DNA of 63,691 nt, counting the filler, from Octopus bimaculoides (taxonomy: Eukaryota): the NCBI RefSeq assembly GCF_001194135.2. It is 9 parts of 9 records of this genome, joined end to end, with 100 filler letters (N's around TTAATTAATTAA, not from the genome) between each part and the next. Parts side by side here need not be neighbours in the genome. Positions count along the whole stretch, not along the records: positions 26,774 to 40,096 come from NC_068984.1; positions 40,197 to 47,544 come from NC_068983.1; positions 47,645 to 51,151 come from NW_026381233.1; 6 more parts are not named here. One strand, 5' to 3'. The translations under genes and the position numbers were made by a program. The notes below the pieces were generated by a model that was given only the letters and a program-made list of their open reading frames with translations, did not search any database and was not told the origin of the DNA. Positions 37,191-50,149 of the stretch are shown here, in pieces (positions within the stretch are counted from its first letter, which is position 1; every line of letters begins with the position of its first letter).

Positions 37191-37707
37191 GTTATTGACA
37201 AGTAAGCATCTTTTTGGATGAAAGTTTTAGCCCCAAAGCATCAAACTCCTTTTGTTTCCATAGCATTCGATTTTACAGTATACCTTTTGTCAATACAGAT
37301 CACTATCAGTTTCTTTTAACTATGCTATTTTTATGTATTATCACTGAAGACTGTCCATGTCTGATACAGTGTAGGAGGATCATATCTCTAAATATGGTGC
37401 CATGATGTGACATTCTATCCACTCTTTTCAATGGTTGTCAAGGGAAGCCAGCCACTTCAGATTTTGCACCAAGTAAAGCAGGAAAATTGAAATAAGTATA
37501 GAATTAATAAATCATGTAAAAATGTTAGAACTGAACTAGAATTCGAGTTGTTTGAAATAAATGTAAGTGAAGTAAAAAGAATTGATTCATTGTGTTCCTT
37601 ACCTCTGATAGAGAAATTCCTATATTCTTAAACGGAATACCATTAGTGCCAAAGTTGAGTTATATGTCACAAAGTGTTATTTCATCTTATGTGTGTGTGT
37701 GTGTGTG

Positions 37708-37764
<57 letters not shown>

Positions 37765-38079
37765 AAATAAATTCTACAGAAAGATGTCTGATTTTAAGAG
37801 TATTCTATATAGAATACTGATGTTAATATTTTGTGAATCTTCTGTTAAGAATTCTAGTACTCTCAATGAAAAAACCTCTACATGATCACTGAAACAGCTA
37901 GAAGCAGTTACTAAATATTGATTAAATCATGCTACAGTCTTAAGAAAGGACAGAAACTCCGGGACAGTGTAGTATTATGTTTATAAATCTCTTTTCATAA
38001 AAGCAGATTATATAAAGCTTACAATCATAAGAGAAGATATAGAGCTTGATCAGGGATGATCTAGGGCTAAGCACTATCA

Positions 38080-38460
38080 CAACCGACAAGTATCTTGTGA
38101 GTATTCAGTAAGGAACATTGGAGTTGTTCACTGTTGTATTTCAGGTAATCAGAGATAACGGCAGGATTAAGAATATTGGAAATATACTGGACCAATGGAG
38201 GGACTCTTTAAGATCTAGCTAAATAATCACAAGCACTCTTTTAGGATTCCAGAGAGGCACAACACTACGACATTAGCAAGTTATATATTGTGATTAAAAG
38301 ATGATGGAGCACCATACTGAATTAACTGGAAGTTGCAGGAATAACCTAGGCCATATCTCAATGGAAGCAGATGCTACAAACGTTGTTTGGCCAAGAAGAC
38401 AATGATCTTAAAAAAATCTCATGAACTGGGGCCTTCTGGATTCAAGAAATGAAATTTTTA
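38080..38460 (+). mobile_element. Penelope-like element GIY-YIG C-terminal remnant, heavily decayed
   Basis: FKI*LNNHKHSFRIPERHNTTTLASYIL*LKDDGAPY*INWK...RPYLNGSRCYKRCLAKK parallels the PLE ends at 40197-40500 and 50150-50340. Confidence 0.7.
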
Positions 38461-40196
38461 GTCAGTAGCTTCATGACAGAAAAATTGTTGTGGAAACAGG
38501 TTTTTTTCCAGTTTGTGTACGAGTGAACAAACGAACATACACTAACTAACCTTTTTCTGACACAGCTGGAATTGTTCATGAGGTGGAAACATTGCTCCTC
38601 TCAGTAAGGGTTTTCTTCCTTTTAGAGATTTTTGTCACCAATAAAATGACCAAGACTGTATTTTTATAAGAAGACTATGTGCTTCTGGTCAGTACGTCTG
38701 GAGAGTCACCTACATTGCTGTGTGCAATAGTAGAACAATGGTAGCTTTCTGACTGGCTATAACTAAAGATACACTACTTGACGATACAGTGAGTGTGTGT
38801 GTGTGTGTGTGTGTAGTAGTAGTAGTATTTTTTGGCTGAAATTGAAATCTTTGCTGTAGCAGTATAGTGTATCTACTGATTTGTATCTATTAGTGTAGAT
38901 TTGCTGTTTGTTTTCTGCCCCAGAATTCTCTCTCACTGGTTTCATGGCATCGCCTGTGGATGTTTATTCTGGTAATTGGTTTCTTATTCTTTTTGCTGTG
39001 TTATATTATTCGTTTACTTAAAAGTATTTTTTGCCAGATTTTTTACAATTGAATTCTTTGCTTAAATTTCGTTTCAATGTTTTACTTTTATGAATTTATT
39101 TGTTGAAAACTTAATTGTTGTTTTGGGTATTATTTCTTCATTGATCCTTTATCATATTTCTTGATGAAATTCATTTCACTTATTTCTTTTTATGAAAAGT
39201 TCCTTTTTTTTTTTCCTTAGCTCACTTCCTGATTTTAAATGAACTATTTTTATGTTGTTAACAAGTTTGCATTAAAAAAGTACATTTTTATAGTTCACTG
39301 ATCATAATCCTATTTTCATTTTATGGTCCACCAATTTTTATGATTAACAAACCACAAAAACTAACCACTAAAATTGCTACAAACAAAAACATATTTGACC
39401 AACAAACTGTATGAACTAACAAGCAAAACAACTAACCCATATGAATAGAACGTATAAGGCAAACATGCTTTTCTATATAAAATCAGCCAAGTAAAAAAGT
39501 GTATTTGAAAAGTAGGGAAAGTGTTCAACAAGCACAATTTTCATAAAACAAATTTGATAAACAGAGATTACGCCTAACAAGCCAAAGAAGAAAAATTTCC
39601 AAAATAATATGTAACTTTATGTTTTAAAACAACATAGAATATACTACCTACTAATAGAATAGCAAACAAACAAACAAACGAACGAACTGGAAATAAGCAA
39701 GTGTCCTAACTACACAAAAATGAACTGTATAACAAAACACACTTGGAAATCATCTAATGAATTACAAAGTTGCTGTCAACGCCTTAATGTAGAATTTTCC
39801 AAAGCTCAAACAATAGAATCAGGCTGGATAAATGAAAGAACAATTCTATACCAATAGACATAGAACAACAGATACAATGAGTAATATCATTGTCTACCTT
39901 GTGGTCACTCTAGCATGAAAATCATTTCATTAAAGATAATTTCAGTCTAAACAAACAATACACACTATATGTATTCAACACTCTCAGTCACATTTGTTCA
40001 TGAAAAGAAACTACATTCATATATATATATGAATGTATATGAATGTGTGTGTATATGTATGTATGTATGTATATATATACATATATATATATATATNNNN
40101 NNNNNNNNNNNNNNNNNNNNNNNNNNNNNNNNNNNNNNNNTTAATTAATTAANNNNNNNNNNNNNNNNNNNNNNNNNNNNNNNNNNNNNNNNNNNN

Positions 40197-41145
40197 GCTA
40201 ATACATAAGGAGCAGAATTTTCCACCCTTTTCATATGGCCTAGAAATAGAAAGAATTAGCCAGTCTAGTTTAAATTTTATGTTATTATCTTTAAGTTCCC
40301 AAATTAGTTTGCTAAGGCTCGTGGTATTACGTTTGTTTCTATCTCTAAATGTCGAGAAATGATTAGAAATTCTGGTGGATAATGGTGAAGAGGAAGATCC
40401 AACATAAAAGTGAATATTTGTAGGAGTACTAACTTGGCATTGATAAATAGTGTTTTTGAGTTTCGCATTATCACTTAAAAAACTAATTCTTTTGCTATTA
40501 ACTTCAGAAATCATGATTTTGTTGTTGTGACTAATACTATTATGTATCTTGTTATTATTATTGTTCCTTATATTATTATTAGTGTTATTATTGTTATTTT
40601 GGTAAGGGTTAATAACGTTTGGTTCAATGATATTACTGTTTGAACTCTCTAGTGGATGTAAAAGCCTCATATTGTGTGCAGATATTATCTGTGAAATGTT
40701 CTTCATGTTAGAGAAACCGAATCTAACCTTGTGAGTATTTATGACTGGGGAGTAATGAGTGTTTAGGAAAGTTCTTATTTATAGCGTTTTGGAACTGGGA
40801 TACCAAGTTTGATTTTACACTTTTGCTAAAAGGCAGTATTAGCCAGACATTTTTACTAGGTTCTGGTTTGGAATATTTGCTAGTATTATTTATAAATAGT
40901 CTTAGTTTATTATTATCATTGAGACAGGGTTTAAACTGACGGTTACTTCCCCTATTTCGTGAAAAAATGTTGAGCTGCTTATTATCGTTAAAGAATTTAT
41001 GATGGAAGTTATAATTGTATTTGTTGTTATTATTTAAATTAAAATCTATTTTAATATTACTATTATTATTATTACTCAAATCGGTTTCACAAGTAGAATA
41101 TATATAATTAAATTTTTCTCTATAACCTGCTTTTAATATATACAT
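40197..41145 (-). mobile_element. Penelope-like element ORF remnant (RT thumb to GIY-YIG endonuclease), frameshifted
   Basis: WLILPFSKSVKSNLVSQFQNAINKNFPKH; MKNISQIISAHN; IYQCQV...FYVGSS...LSTRISNHFSTF...TTSLSKLIWELKDNNIKFKLDW...CSLC. Confidence 0.88.
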
Positions 41146-41899
41146 GTATATATATNNNNNNNNNNNNNNNNNNNNNNNNNNNNNNNNNNNNNNNNNNNNN
41201 NNNNNNNNNNNNNNNNNNNNNNNNNNNNNNNNNNNNNNNNNNNNNNNNNNNNNNNNNNNNNNNNNNNNNNNNNNNNNNNNNNNNNNNNNNNNNNNNNNNN
41301 NNNNNNNNNNNNNNNNNNNNNNNNNNNNNNNNNNNNNNNNNNNNNNNNNNNNNNNNNNNNNNNNNNNNNNNNNNNNNNNNNNNNNNNNNNNNNNNNNNNN
41401 NNNNNNNNNNNNNNNNNNNNNNNNNNNNNNNNNNNNNNNNNNNNNNNNNNNNNNNNNNNNNNNNNNNNNNNNNNNNNNNNNNNNNNNNNNNNNNNNNNNN
41501 NNNNNNNNNNNNNNNNNNNNNNNNNNNNNNNNNNNNNNNNNNNNNNNNNNNNNNNNNNNNNNNNNNNNNNNNNNNNNNNNNNNNNNNNNNNNNNNNNNNN
41601 NNNNNNNNNNNNNNNNNNNNNNNNNNNNNNNNNNNNNNNNNNNNNNNNNNNNNNNNNNNNNNNNNNNNNNNNNNNNNNNNNNNNNNNNNNNNNNNNNNNN
41701 NNNNNNNNNNNNNNNNNNNNNNNNNNNNNNNNNNNNNNNNNNNNNNNNNNNNNNNNNNNNNNNNNNNNNNNNNNNNNNNNNNNNNNNNNNNNNNNNNNNN
41801 NNNNNNNNNNNNNNNNNNNNNNNNNNNNNNNNNNNNNNNNNNNNNNNNNNNNNNNNNNNNNNNNNNNNNNNNNNNNNNNNNNNNNNNNNNNNNNNNNNN

Positions 41900-41947
<48 letters not shown>

Positions 41948-41949
<2 letters not shown>

Positions 41950-42140
41950 TCTTACTTGTTTCAGTCATTTGACTGCGGCCATGCCTCAGAACCGCCTTTA
42001 GTCGAGCAAATCGACCCCGGGATGTATTCTTTGTAAGTCTAGTTCTTATTCTATCGTTTCCTTTTGCCGAACCGGAAAGTGACGGGGACATAAACACACC
42101 ATCATCTGTTGTCAAACAATGCTAGGGGGACAAACACACA
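41948..42140 (-). mobile_element. Family A SINE 3' half
   Basis: cttacttgtttcagtcatttgactgcggccatg...gagcaaatcgacccc...gccgaaccgga...gggggacaaacac. Confidence 0.85.
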
Positions 42141-42236
42141 CACACATATATACACACACACATATATACACACACGCCCACATATATACACCCCCCAAAC
42201 ACACACATATTTATATATAATATTGATACATATTTA

Positions 42237-43555
42237 TTAGGTCGTCAAGTATGAAATTTGTAGAAAAGAAAAATGTTTCTTAATGTTTAATAAATACAAG
42301 GAATAGCTTTATTCATCAAAGTATGCATCAAATTATTGTCAATACACATTTGCCATTTTAGCGGTAACTTGTCCAGTCTGGAATTGTAAAAGTCTGGCCA
42401 TCTAGACTCAATAAAATCTTGGAACGCCTGTTTTACGGCATCGTAATTTCGCCAATTCCATTCTTGTTATGTGTAGTCTGGCGTTGTCTTGCAATAAAAT
42501 AGGAGTGGGTCTGTTGACTAATCTAGGCTGTTTTTATATATTTGCAAGTTTCTGCATCATTTGGTCCAGTTGACTGCAGTAAACGTCGGCTGTGATTGAT
42601 GAGCCAGGTTTAATTATATAATAGATCACATCTGCACCAGACTATCAAACACACACCATCAGCTTCTTTAGATGAATTTTGCTTTCTGGACAGTGTATTG
42701 GTAGCGCATCTTTGTCCAACCACTGCGATGAACTTTTACGGTTGTATTGGATCCATTTCTCATCACATGTTACAATCCAATTCAAAAATGTTTCATTTTT
42801 GTGACGAGAGAGTAGCATAAAGCAGGCTTCCAAACGTTGCTGCTTTTGATTTTCATTGTGTTCATATGGAACCCACTTATCCAACTTATTCACTTTAACG
42901 ATTTGAACTAGATGAGTCAATATAGTTTGTTTGTTGTGAAATGCTTAGCGGCATCACGTTGCGTTCTGCGTTCAATTTTCGCCGAGGTCGACTTTGCCTA
43001 TCATCATTTTGGGGTCGATTAAATAAGTACCAGTGACGCACTGGGGTCGATGTGGTCAACTTAAAACCTTTCTCTGTCCCCTATATTTTAGGCCCCCTGT
43101 GCGCAATAAAGAAATAAATATTGTTTGCTTGCTAACACCCAACAAAAACGATAATTCACGGACACTCAACGGTGGTTTTCAGTTCGTCATTATTCACTTT
43201 GTTTCTGGTCGACCGCGTTGCTCATTTGCAACGAAATGTTGCGAACCAATATGATACAGTCTGCTGTGTAATAACATTAGATTGAAATGGTCCATTAATA
43301 TTCCGAGCTGTCTGTGATGCTGTATTTTCAAGAAAGAGTTCACATTTCAAAACTTCGAATTTCCGAATTGTACATCACTAAACAAAAATATCAAAAAACT
43401 ATTTATAAAGCGCAAAATGAATTGGAATAATGCAATAGATATGTCATCTTTCTATCAAAAACTGAATATTGTCAAAGTATATTAATGATGCAAAACCAGC
43501 AACTGTTAGAGTTTACCACATATACCTTACTACAAATTTCATACTTGACGACCAA

Positions 43556-43556
<1 letters not shown>
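42237..43556 (-). mobile_element. Mariner DNA transposon, 1320 bp, both TIRs present, decayed transposase
   Basis: 27-bp TIRs ttaggtcgtcaagtatgaaatttgtag (42237-42263) and 43530-43556 (1 mismatch), TA on the left. Transposase motifs QTARNIN, TVSYWF, RGRPETKVNNDELK, KLDKWVPY, WIVTCDEKWI, LLQDNAR. Confidence 0.92.
42933..43117 (+). mobile_element. 5'-truncated family B SINE nested in the mariner, with TSD
   Basis: gccgaggtcgactttgcc...ggggtcgattaaataagtaccagt core and an aataaagaaataa tail; flanking 13-mers atatagtttgttt (42920) and atattgtttgctt (43118) match 11/13. Confidence 0.85.
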
Positions 43557-43590
<34 letters not shown>

Positions 43591-43591
43591 C

Positions 43592-43629
<38 letters not shown>

Positions 43630-46600
43630 NNNNNNNNNNNNNNNNNNNNNNNNNNNNNNNNNNNNNNNNNNNNNNNNNNNNNNNNNNNNNNNNNNNNNNN
43701 NNNNNNNNNNNNNNNNNNNNNNNNNNNNNNNNNNNNNNNNNNNNNNNNNNNNNNNNNNNNNNNNNNNNNNNNNNNNNNNNNNNNNNNNNNNNNNNNNNNN
43801 NNNNNACACACACACACACACATATATATATATACGTATATACATACATACGTTTGATGACAATGTTACTTTGTTTGCTGATCCTTAATATAACAAGACA
43901 AAGAGAAAAGGAAATTCTTATACCTTATTTGTCCCCCGATTCTTAACACAGAAGATATGGGGAATAATAATGTCAAATAATAGCTGAACGAGTTTTAAAC
44001 CTGGGAACGAGGAGCTATTTCTCCCTGAAATGTTGGGAATTGTTTAATCGGAATTAATCAGCGGATTTAAGGATATAAAATGATAAAATGATATTTTGAA
44101 CTATAGTCAAAATCACTAGGTTGTTCGGATTAGTCAAAAATCAGGCATTAGAATACAATAACGAATCCAACAAGGATGCATTCGTATCAACAGGTTTCTT
44201 CGCACGTTATGTCGGTTATGGATAATTTTATTAGTCATGTAATTGTGCATTAAATGCCACGCGAAGAGAAAACTTCAATGATGTACAAACTATTCACCCT
44301 ATCACCCAGCAATCAAACACTATTGATAAAAATCATCAATTCATGAGTTTATTCTTATCATTCCCTCTAAATGTGGTTATTGCGTAATTTTCACTTCAAT
44401 CGTGAGTCTCCTCATCTTAAAAGTTTAAAGAAAAAATATATAAAACAAACTGAAGACTTATTTACAAAATACTTACTGTGTAGGTCGTGTTACCATCTCC
44501 GGTACTGTTCGGTAACCTTCAACTGTTTGTTCCACATAAGCTGAACAAAAAGAAAGTTGGAAACATATTGTATTGTAGGTGTAGGTATATGTGAGCAGCA
44601 TGCGTCTAGAGATGTGCTGATGTTTGTATTTAAACAAAAAAAAAAAGGTGAAGACGATGAGTTTGTGTAGAGATAAATTTTAAAGGGAGAAAGACTAATT
44701 CCTTTTGCTTTAGGGGTGATGGTAATGTGTAGGGCCATATCAAACCCGCAGACTTGTGGACTAAAATGATGTCAAGATACGTAATGGTGTGTTACGTGGG
44801 AATCATTAACATGATGGATGTCTTAGAAGTGTTCGGGAAGGAATTCAGAGAGGGTTTTCTGACATATGGGGGGTTGTAGGCGAAGCATTTCAAACAATAT
44901 ATAAGACTAGTAGAGATGCACATGAAGTAGTCGATAATATGGAAGGAATGGTAGTTGAGTCGAAGCAGGTATAGGTGTTGCAGGAAAACCGGGATTAAGG
45001 CAGATATCCATGTTTAGTGTGAGAGTTACAGAAAAAGTTCCACACTCGTTAGGTAGTAGATGACGCGCATTTAGAGAAAAACAAGGATGGATTGAAGATG
45101 GCCGTCGTCTTGCTATCTATTTTCACTAACTTTTGTGTGAATATTACTTATGTATATCTCCATATTACGGCTTCTACGAAAACATACACAAACACTAGAA
45201 TGACAAGACCAAGACACCACACCTTAAACCCGCACCAAGGCTGATCTTCTGCAACAGCAAGGTAGGGATTTCTACTGCAAATACTATATCTTACGGTTGC
45301 TTTCAAAACTGGAAAACCATATAAGTGGTGATATTCGTTGTTGCATTGTGTCATAATGCATTACACCTTGTATTATGAGAGCTGAACAAAATGATTACCA
45401 CTTCCTTTGATAGTCTTCAGCTGTGATAGGAGGAAAGAAAAAAGAGCCTAAAAAATGTATCTGGGAATCGGTTCGAGAATATGAATGCCGAGTGTTAAAC
45501 TAAAAGTTTGAATTTTTTAGCCAAGTAACAGGTGAAAACAGAGAATAGATAAAATTACAGTCGTCTTCTCAAAGCTTCCTCCAATGTTTGACATACAAAG
45601 GTGAATACACATATTAGTACGAAAGTATTCATACATATAGGTTTGTATGTATATATACATTTGTACTGACTTCCACAGTTATCAGCAGCAGATGTCTCAT
45701 CAGATCTCTTAACTACACCCCGCCTAACATATACTAACACAGGTATACATACAAGCATAAAGATATATGTATACATTTATACATTATATATATATATATG
45801 TATATATATATANNNNNNNNNNNNNNNNNNNNNNNNNNNNNNNNNNNNNNNNNNNNNNNNNNNNNNNNNNNNNNNNNNNNNNNNNNNNNNNNNNNNNNNN
45901 NNNNNNNNNNNNNNNNNNNNNNNNNNNNNNNNNNNNNNNNNNNNNNNNNNNNNNNNNNNNNNNNNNNNNNNNNNNNNNNNNNNNNNNNNNNNNNNNNNNN
46001 NNNNNNNNNNNNNNNNNNNNNNNNNNNNNNNNNNNNNNNNNNNNNNNNNNNNNNNNNNNNNNNNNNNNNNNNNNNNNNNNNNNNNNNNNNNNNNNNNNNN
46101 NNNNNNNNNNNNNNNNNNNNNNNNNNNNNNNNNNNNNNNNNNNNNNNNNNNNNNNNNNNNNNNNNNNNNNNNNNNNNNNNNNNNNNNNNNNNNNNNNNNN
46201 NNNNNNNNNNNNNNNNNNNNNNNNNNNNNNNNNNNNNNNNNNNNNNNNNNNNNNNNNNNNNNNNNNNNNNNNNNNNNNNNNNNNNNNNNNNNNNNNNNNN
46301 NNNNNNNNNNNNNNNNNNNNNNNNNNNNNNNNNNNNNNNNNNNNNNNNNNNNNNNNNNNNNNNNNNNNNNNNNNNNNNNNNNNNNNNNNNNNNNNNNNNN
46401 NNNNNNNNNNNNNNNNNNNNNNNNNNNNNNNNNNNNNNNNNNNNNNNNNNNNNNNNNNNNNNNNNNNNNNNNNNNNNNNNNNNNNNNNNNNNNNNNNNNN
46501 NNNNNNNNNNNNNNNNNNNNNNNNNNNNNNNNNNNNNNNNNNNNNNNNNNNNNNNNNNNNNNNNNNNNNNNNNNNNNNNNNNNNNNNNNNNNNNNNNNNN

Positions 46601-46787
46601 NNNNNNNNNNNNNNNNNNNNNNNNNNNNNNNNNNNNNNNNNNNNATATATATATATATATATATATATAAATTCCACTTAACGATGAAAGTAAACAAAGT
46701 TTGTTCTTTTTTAGAAGCGTTGCGATGTATTGTAAGATACAGAAATAAATTTATTTCTCAAACGCGTGATAATGCTATAAATAGCGA

Positions 46788-46986
46788 GATCAGGATAAAT
46801 TATCCATACATTGCAGAAAAATACGTTACTGGTCACCCATGAGACTCGAACTTACATCTCTGTGATTACGCCAAGTGTTTTACCATTAAACTAAATTGTC
46901 CAGCAACGAATTGTTCTGCAATTTTAGAACTTATAAATTTGCCAGTAACGTATTTTTCTGCAATAAACGGATAATTTATCCTGATC
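46788..46986. mobile_element. TIR-bounded element containing a tRNA-like cassette
   Basis: 45-bp TIRs 46788-46832 and 46942-46986 (3 mismatches). Minus strand 46900-46830 has a D-arm tagtttaatggtaaaac, a T-loop ttcgagt and ends in CCA. Confidence 0.85.
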
Positions 46987-47498
46987 TATATATAAACGGA
47001 TAATTTATCCTGATATATATATATATATATATACATGTAGGTATAGTAGTTGGTAATTGCTATGAAGCGTAGACACTTTGACATATGCATAGGTAACAAA
47101 CATTTTAAATTTACGGTTTTACTTCTCTATAAATTTTATGATAATAAAACTTCACTCTAATGTTTAATAGAGAAACGTCCTTCATTATGAAATACCAACC
47201 GCGTCTACATTCCAGTCTCGGAGAAGCGGAACAATAATAACAATTAGGTTAATGTTGAAAAACTTCTATAAGCCAAAGACTGTATTGATATCTAGATTAA
47301 AGACTATTATAAACCACAGGAAATATTTTTATAATTACTACATATGTCCTCGCCACCACCATTAATATACTCGACCGTTACCACTCTCATGAAGAAGAGA
47401 CAACCACCACGACCATTCATACTCTGGTGACTGTTAATTACCGTACTCGCATCACTAACAGTCTTACTTGCAAGCACATTTGTCACACGGCTGTCGCA

Positions 47499-47544
<46 letters not shown>

Positions 47545-47645
47545 NNNNNNNNNNNNNNNNNNNNNNNNNNNNNNNNNNNNNNNNNNNNTTAATTAATTAA
47601 NNNNNNNNNNNNNNNNNNNNNNNNNNNNNNNNNNNNNNNNNNNNT

Positions 47646-47677
<32 letters not shown>

Positions 47678-48210
47678 GCTTGATATATTTGTGCGCGTAC
47701 ATATGTAATACATGATGGTTTTTTATTGGTGGTGGTGGTGTGTTAGTTAAGCCGAAATAGCTGTTATAGGGAGAGAGAAAGAGAGAGAGTAAGATTAAAG
47801 CTAGTGAGAAAGAAAGAGGGAGAGTTTGATAACATTCTTCAAATAGTTATGTGTTTATTAAAAATGCTGAAGACAATACGAAAATATGACGTATCAAAAC
47901 TGCTAGTTTATTACCATATAATGGTGTTGCATCATCAATATTTGTGCGTAAATCAACGGTTAGTATAAACTTTGTAAACAAAAGCAAAATCTAAACATTA
48001 CCAGATACTATTTATAGATAACTTATATAAAAACTAAATATACTAACGTTGTAATTACTATCAAGATAGTAATTTAGTTTTGTAAATTATAAGAATTTCA
48101 ACGATGTATTTATGAGAAACGTGCTTAATTAAATTTATAGTAAAATACCAATACGTTGCCACGTATAGAAGACATAATGTCCATCTACACCATTTAATTA
48201 ATGTATTATA

Positions 48211-50027
48211 CTAACAGAGATACCCGGCGTTGCCCATGTCGCACGGAATTGAAGAATTACTTTTCTTTTATATTTTCTCTAATGAACTGGAATACCTATG
48301 ATTCGAATTTCATCAAAATTGGAGATTAAGAATTTTAATGGGGGTTCTTTCCCTTTTTACGCACCCTAACAAAAATTCTAATCATGACATATTTATCCCA
48401 TATCACTCATCTTTATGCCCAGATTCCAAAATCGAAATCTTCTAAAACCCATTCAAAGGTTTTTGCTCCTGAAAAATGAAGTACATGGATCACATGGAGC
48501 TTTAAAATGTAGGAATTAAATGTGTGGGGGGGTGTCTTAAAGTCAACCAGAGAAGTTTAATTGTTGGGAATCTTTTTTAACTTGTATCTTATATCTATTG
48601 TTCAAATTTTTTTGAAATCGGAAATATATGAATGTTCACTGGGTGTGTAAAAGAAAGCAAAGCTAGAGGAAGCCAAAAGACGAATGATCACAATAAGCAG
48701 TCAGCTACCCTACCCTAGTCGTTACCACTCCCTAGTGTACGATTCCTCACTATACAGGTGACCGGCAAAGCCATAAGATGCATTACGGATCTATAGCAAT
48801 TGGAAGGGTGTGACCCAACTCAAATAAACATTAACAACTATGTGACGTGAAGGCTAAGGGGAAATGAAAGCGTTACCTCTGGAGTTTGCCAATGATCACT
48901 ATACCGATAGGTAACTGAACAGAATAAATTTGCAATCTATAAATCTCTTTGAATGACCAATCACTTATCTGGAAAGGCCTTGGAATTAATGTTACCATCT
49001 AGGGAAGACACAAAGGAGGTCTGAAACTAAATAATTTTATTCAAAATAACACTTTGCAACTGAATCAGTGGAAGCAAAGATGCCACTCCTTCACTTGACA
49101 ATTTATTCACCACATTGCAGAAATCACAATCTAGGTATATCTCAAGGCAAACTCTTACAGTGTTGTACCATTGAATTACAAATAACGCTCATTTTGTATC
49201 CTCGGGTGATTCTACAGCTTCCAAGATTACAATTGTATTCGTCTTGGCTTAGGAAAAATGACTAAATTGTGGGGGTTAAGCCCTTATTAAGGGGTCTTAC
49301 TAACTCCTAAGAAATATTACTTTATTTGTGTCTAATTATCCATGGTTAAAATTCCATCTACAGCAAAACATATGAATTTTCATGGGGGTTATGGCCTCAT
49401 TTATGCCCCCGTCACTTTCAAACATATACTGCATTACATCTGTCCTTATGCATAGAATATAACTTCCTAATTTCATAAAGATCCATTCAATACGTTTTAC
49501 CTTGTTTTGGATCATTAAAAAAACGACTAAAATTTGGGAGTTAAGGCTCCCATTAGGGGGTCTTACCTGTGGTTGAAATTTCATCTACATCCGAAATTTA
49601 TGAATTTTCATGGCGGGGGGTTCTGCTCCCTTTAAGCCCCCTCAAATTCAAACCAAACATACTGCATTATACTCGCCCTTATGCATTGAATCTAAGTTCC
49701 AAATATCATAAGGATCCATTCAGTAATTTTGGTCCATGGAAAATGACTAAAATTTGGGATTTAAACCCCCATTAGAGGGTTTTAAAACCAACCAAAGAAA
49801 TGGAAATATTGGGTATATTTTAAAATTTACTTTTAATACCTATGGTTCAAATTTCATTAAAATCCGAAGCATATGAATTTTCACATGAGGTTCTGCCCCC
49901 TTTATGCCAAAATTGTATGAAACATAGGCTTGGGTTTTGTGTTCCAAATTTCATTAGGATCGGTCCAGTAGTTTTCGAGTCTGTAAGTAACACACGAACA
50001 CACACACATTGACTTTTATATAATAGA
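48211..50027 (-). mobile_element. Non-autonomous Helitron-like element, ~1.8 kb
   Basis: Minus 5' end A|TCtattatataaaagtcaatgtgtgtg; 3' end gggcaacgccgggtatctctgTTAG|T (CTAG with one change, GC-rich subterminal segment); A/T target; internal recurring modules (atatgaattttca...ggggg). Confidence 0.75.
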
Positions 50028-50149
50028 TTATATCATGTTATAGTATATTAAATTATATTATAATATTTTTTTTTCCTCAATATTGCATCTACTAACCATT
50101 TTTTAATGCTTATCATCAATGATGATTATATATTTCATGGCAGTTTCTA

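Noticed and set aside
34940-38750. Exon-like stretches at 34940-35150, 37330-37500 and 38620-38750 with in-frame TGA/TAA; selenocysteine read-through considered
   Set aside because: No selenoprotein motif or SECIS-like element is evident, one stop is TAA, and the splice phases do not join.
46830-46900. Functional tRNA-Tyr gene
   Set aside because: The acceptor and anticodon stems are mismatched and it lies inside a TIR element; reported as tRNA-like only.
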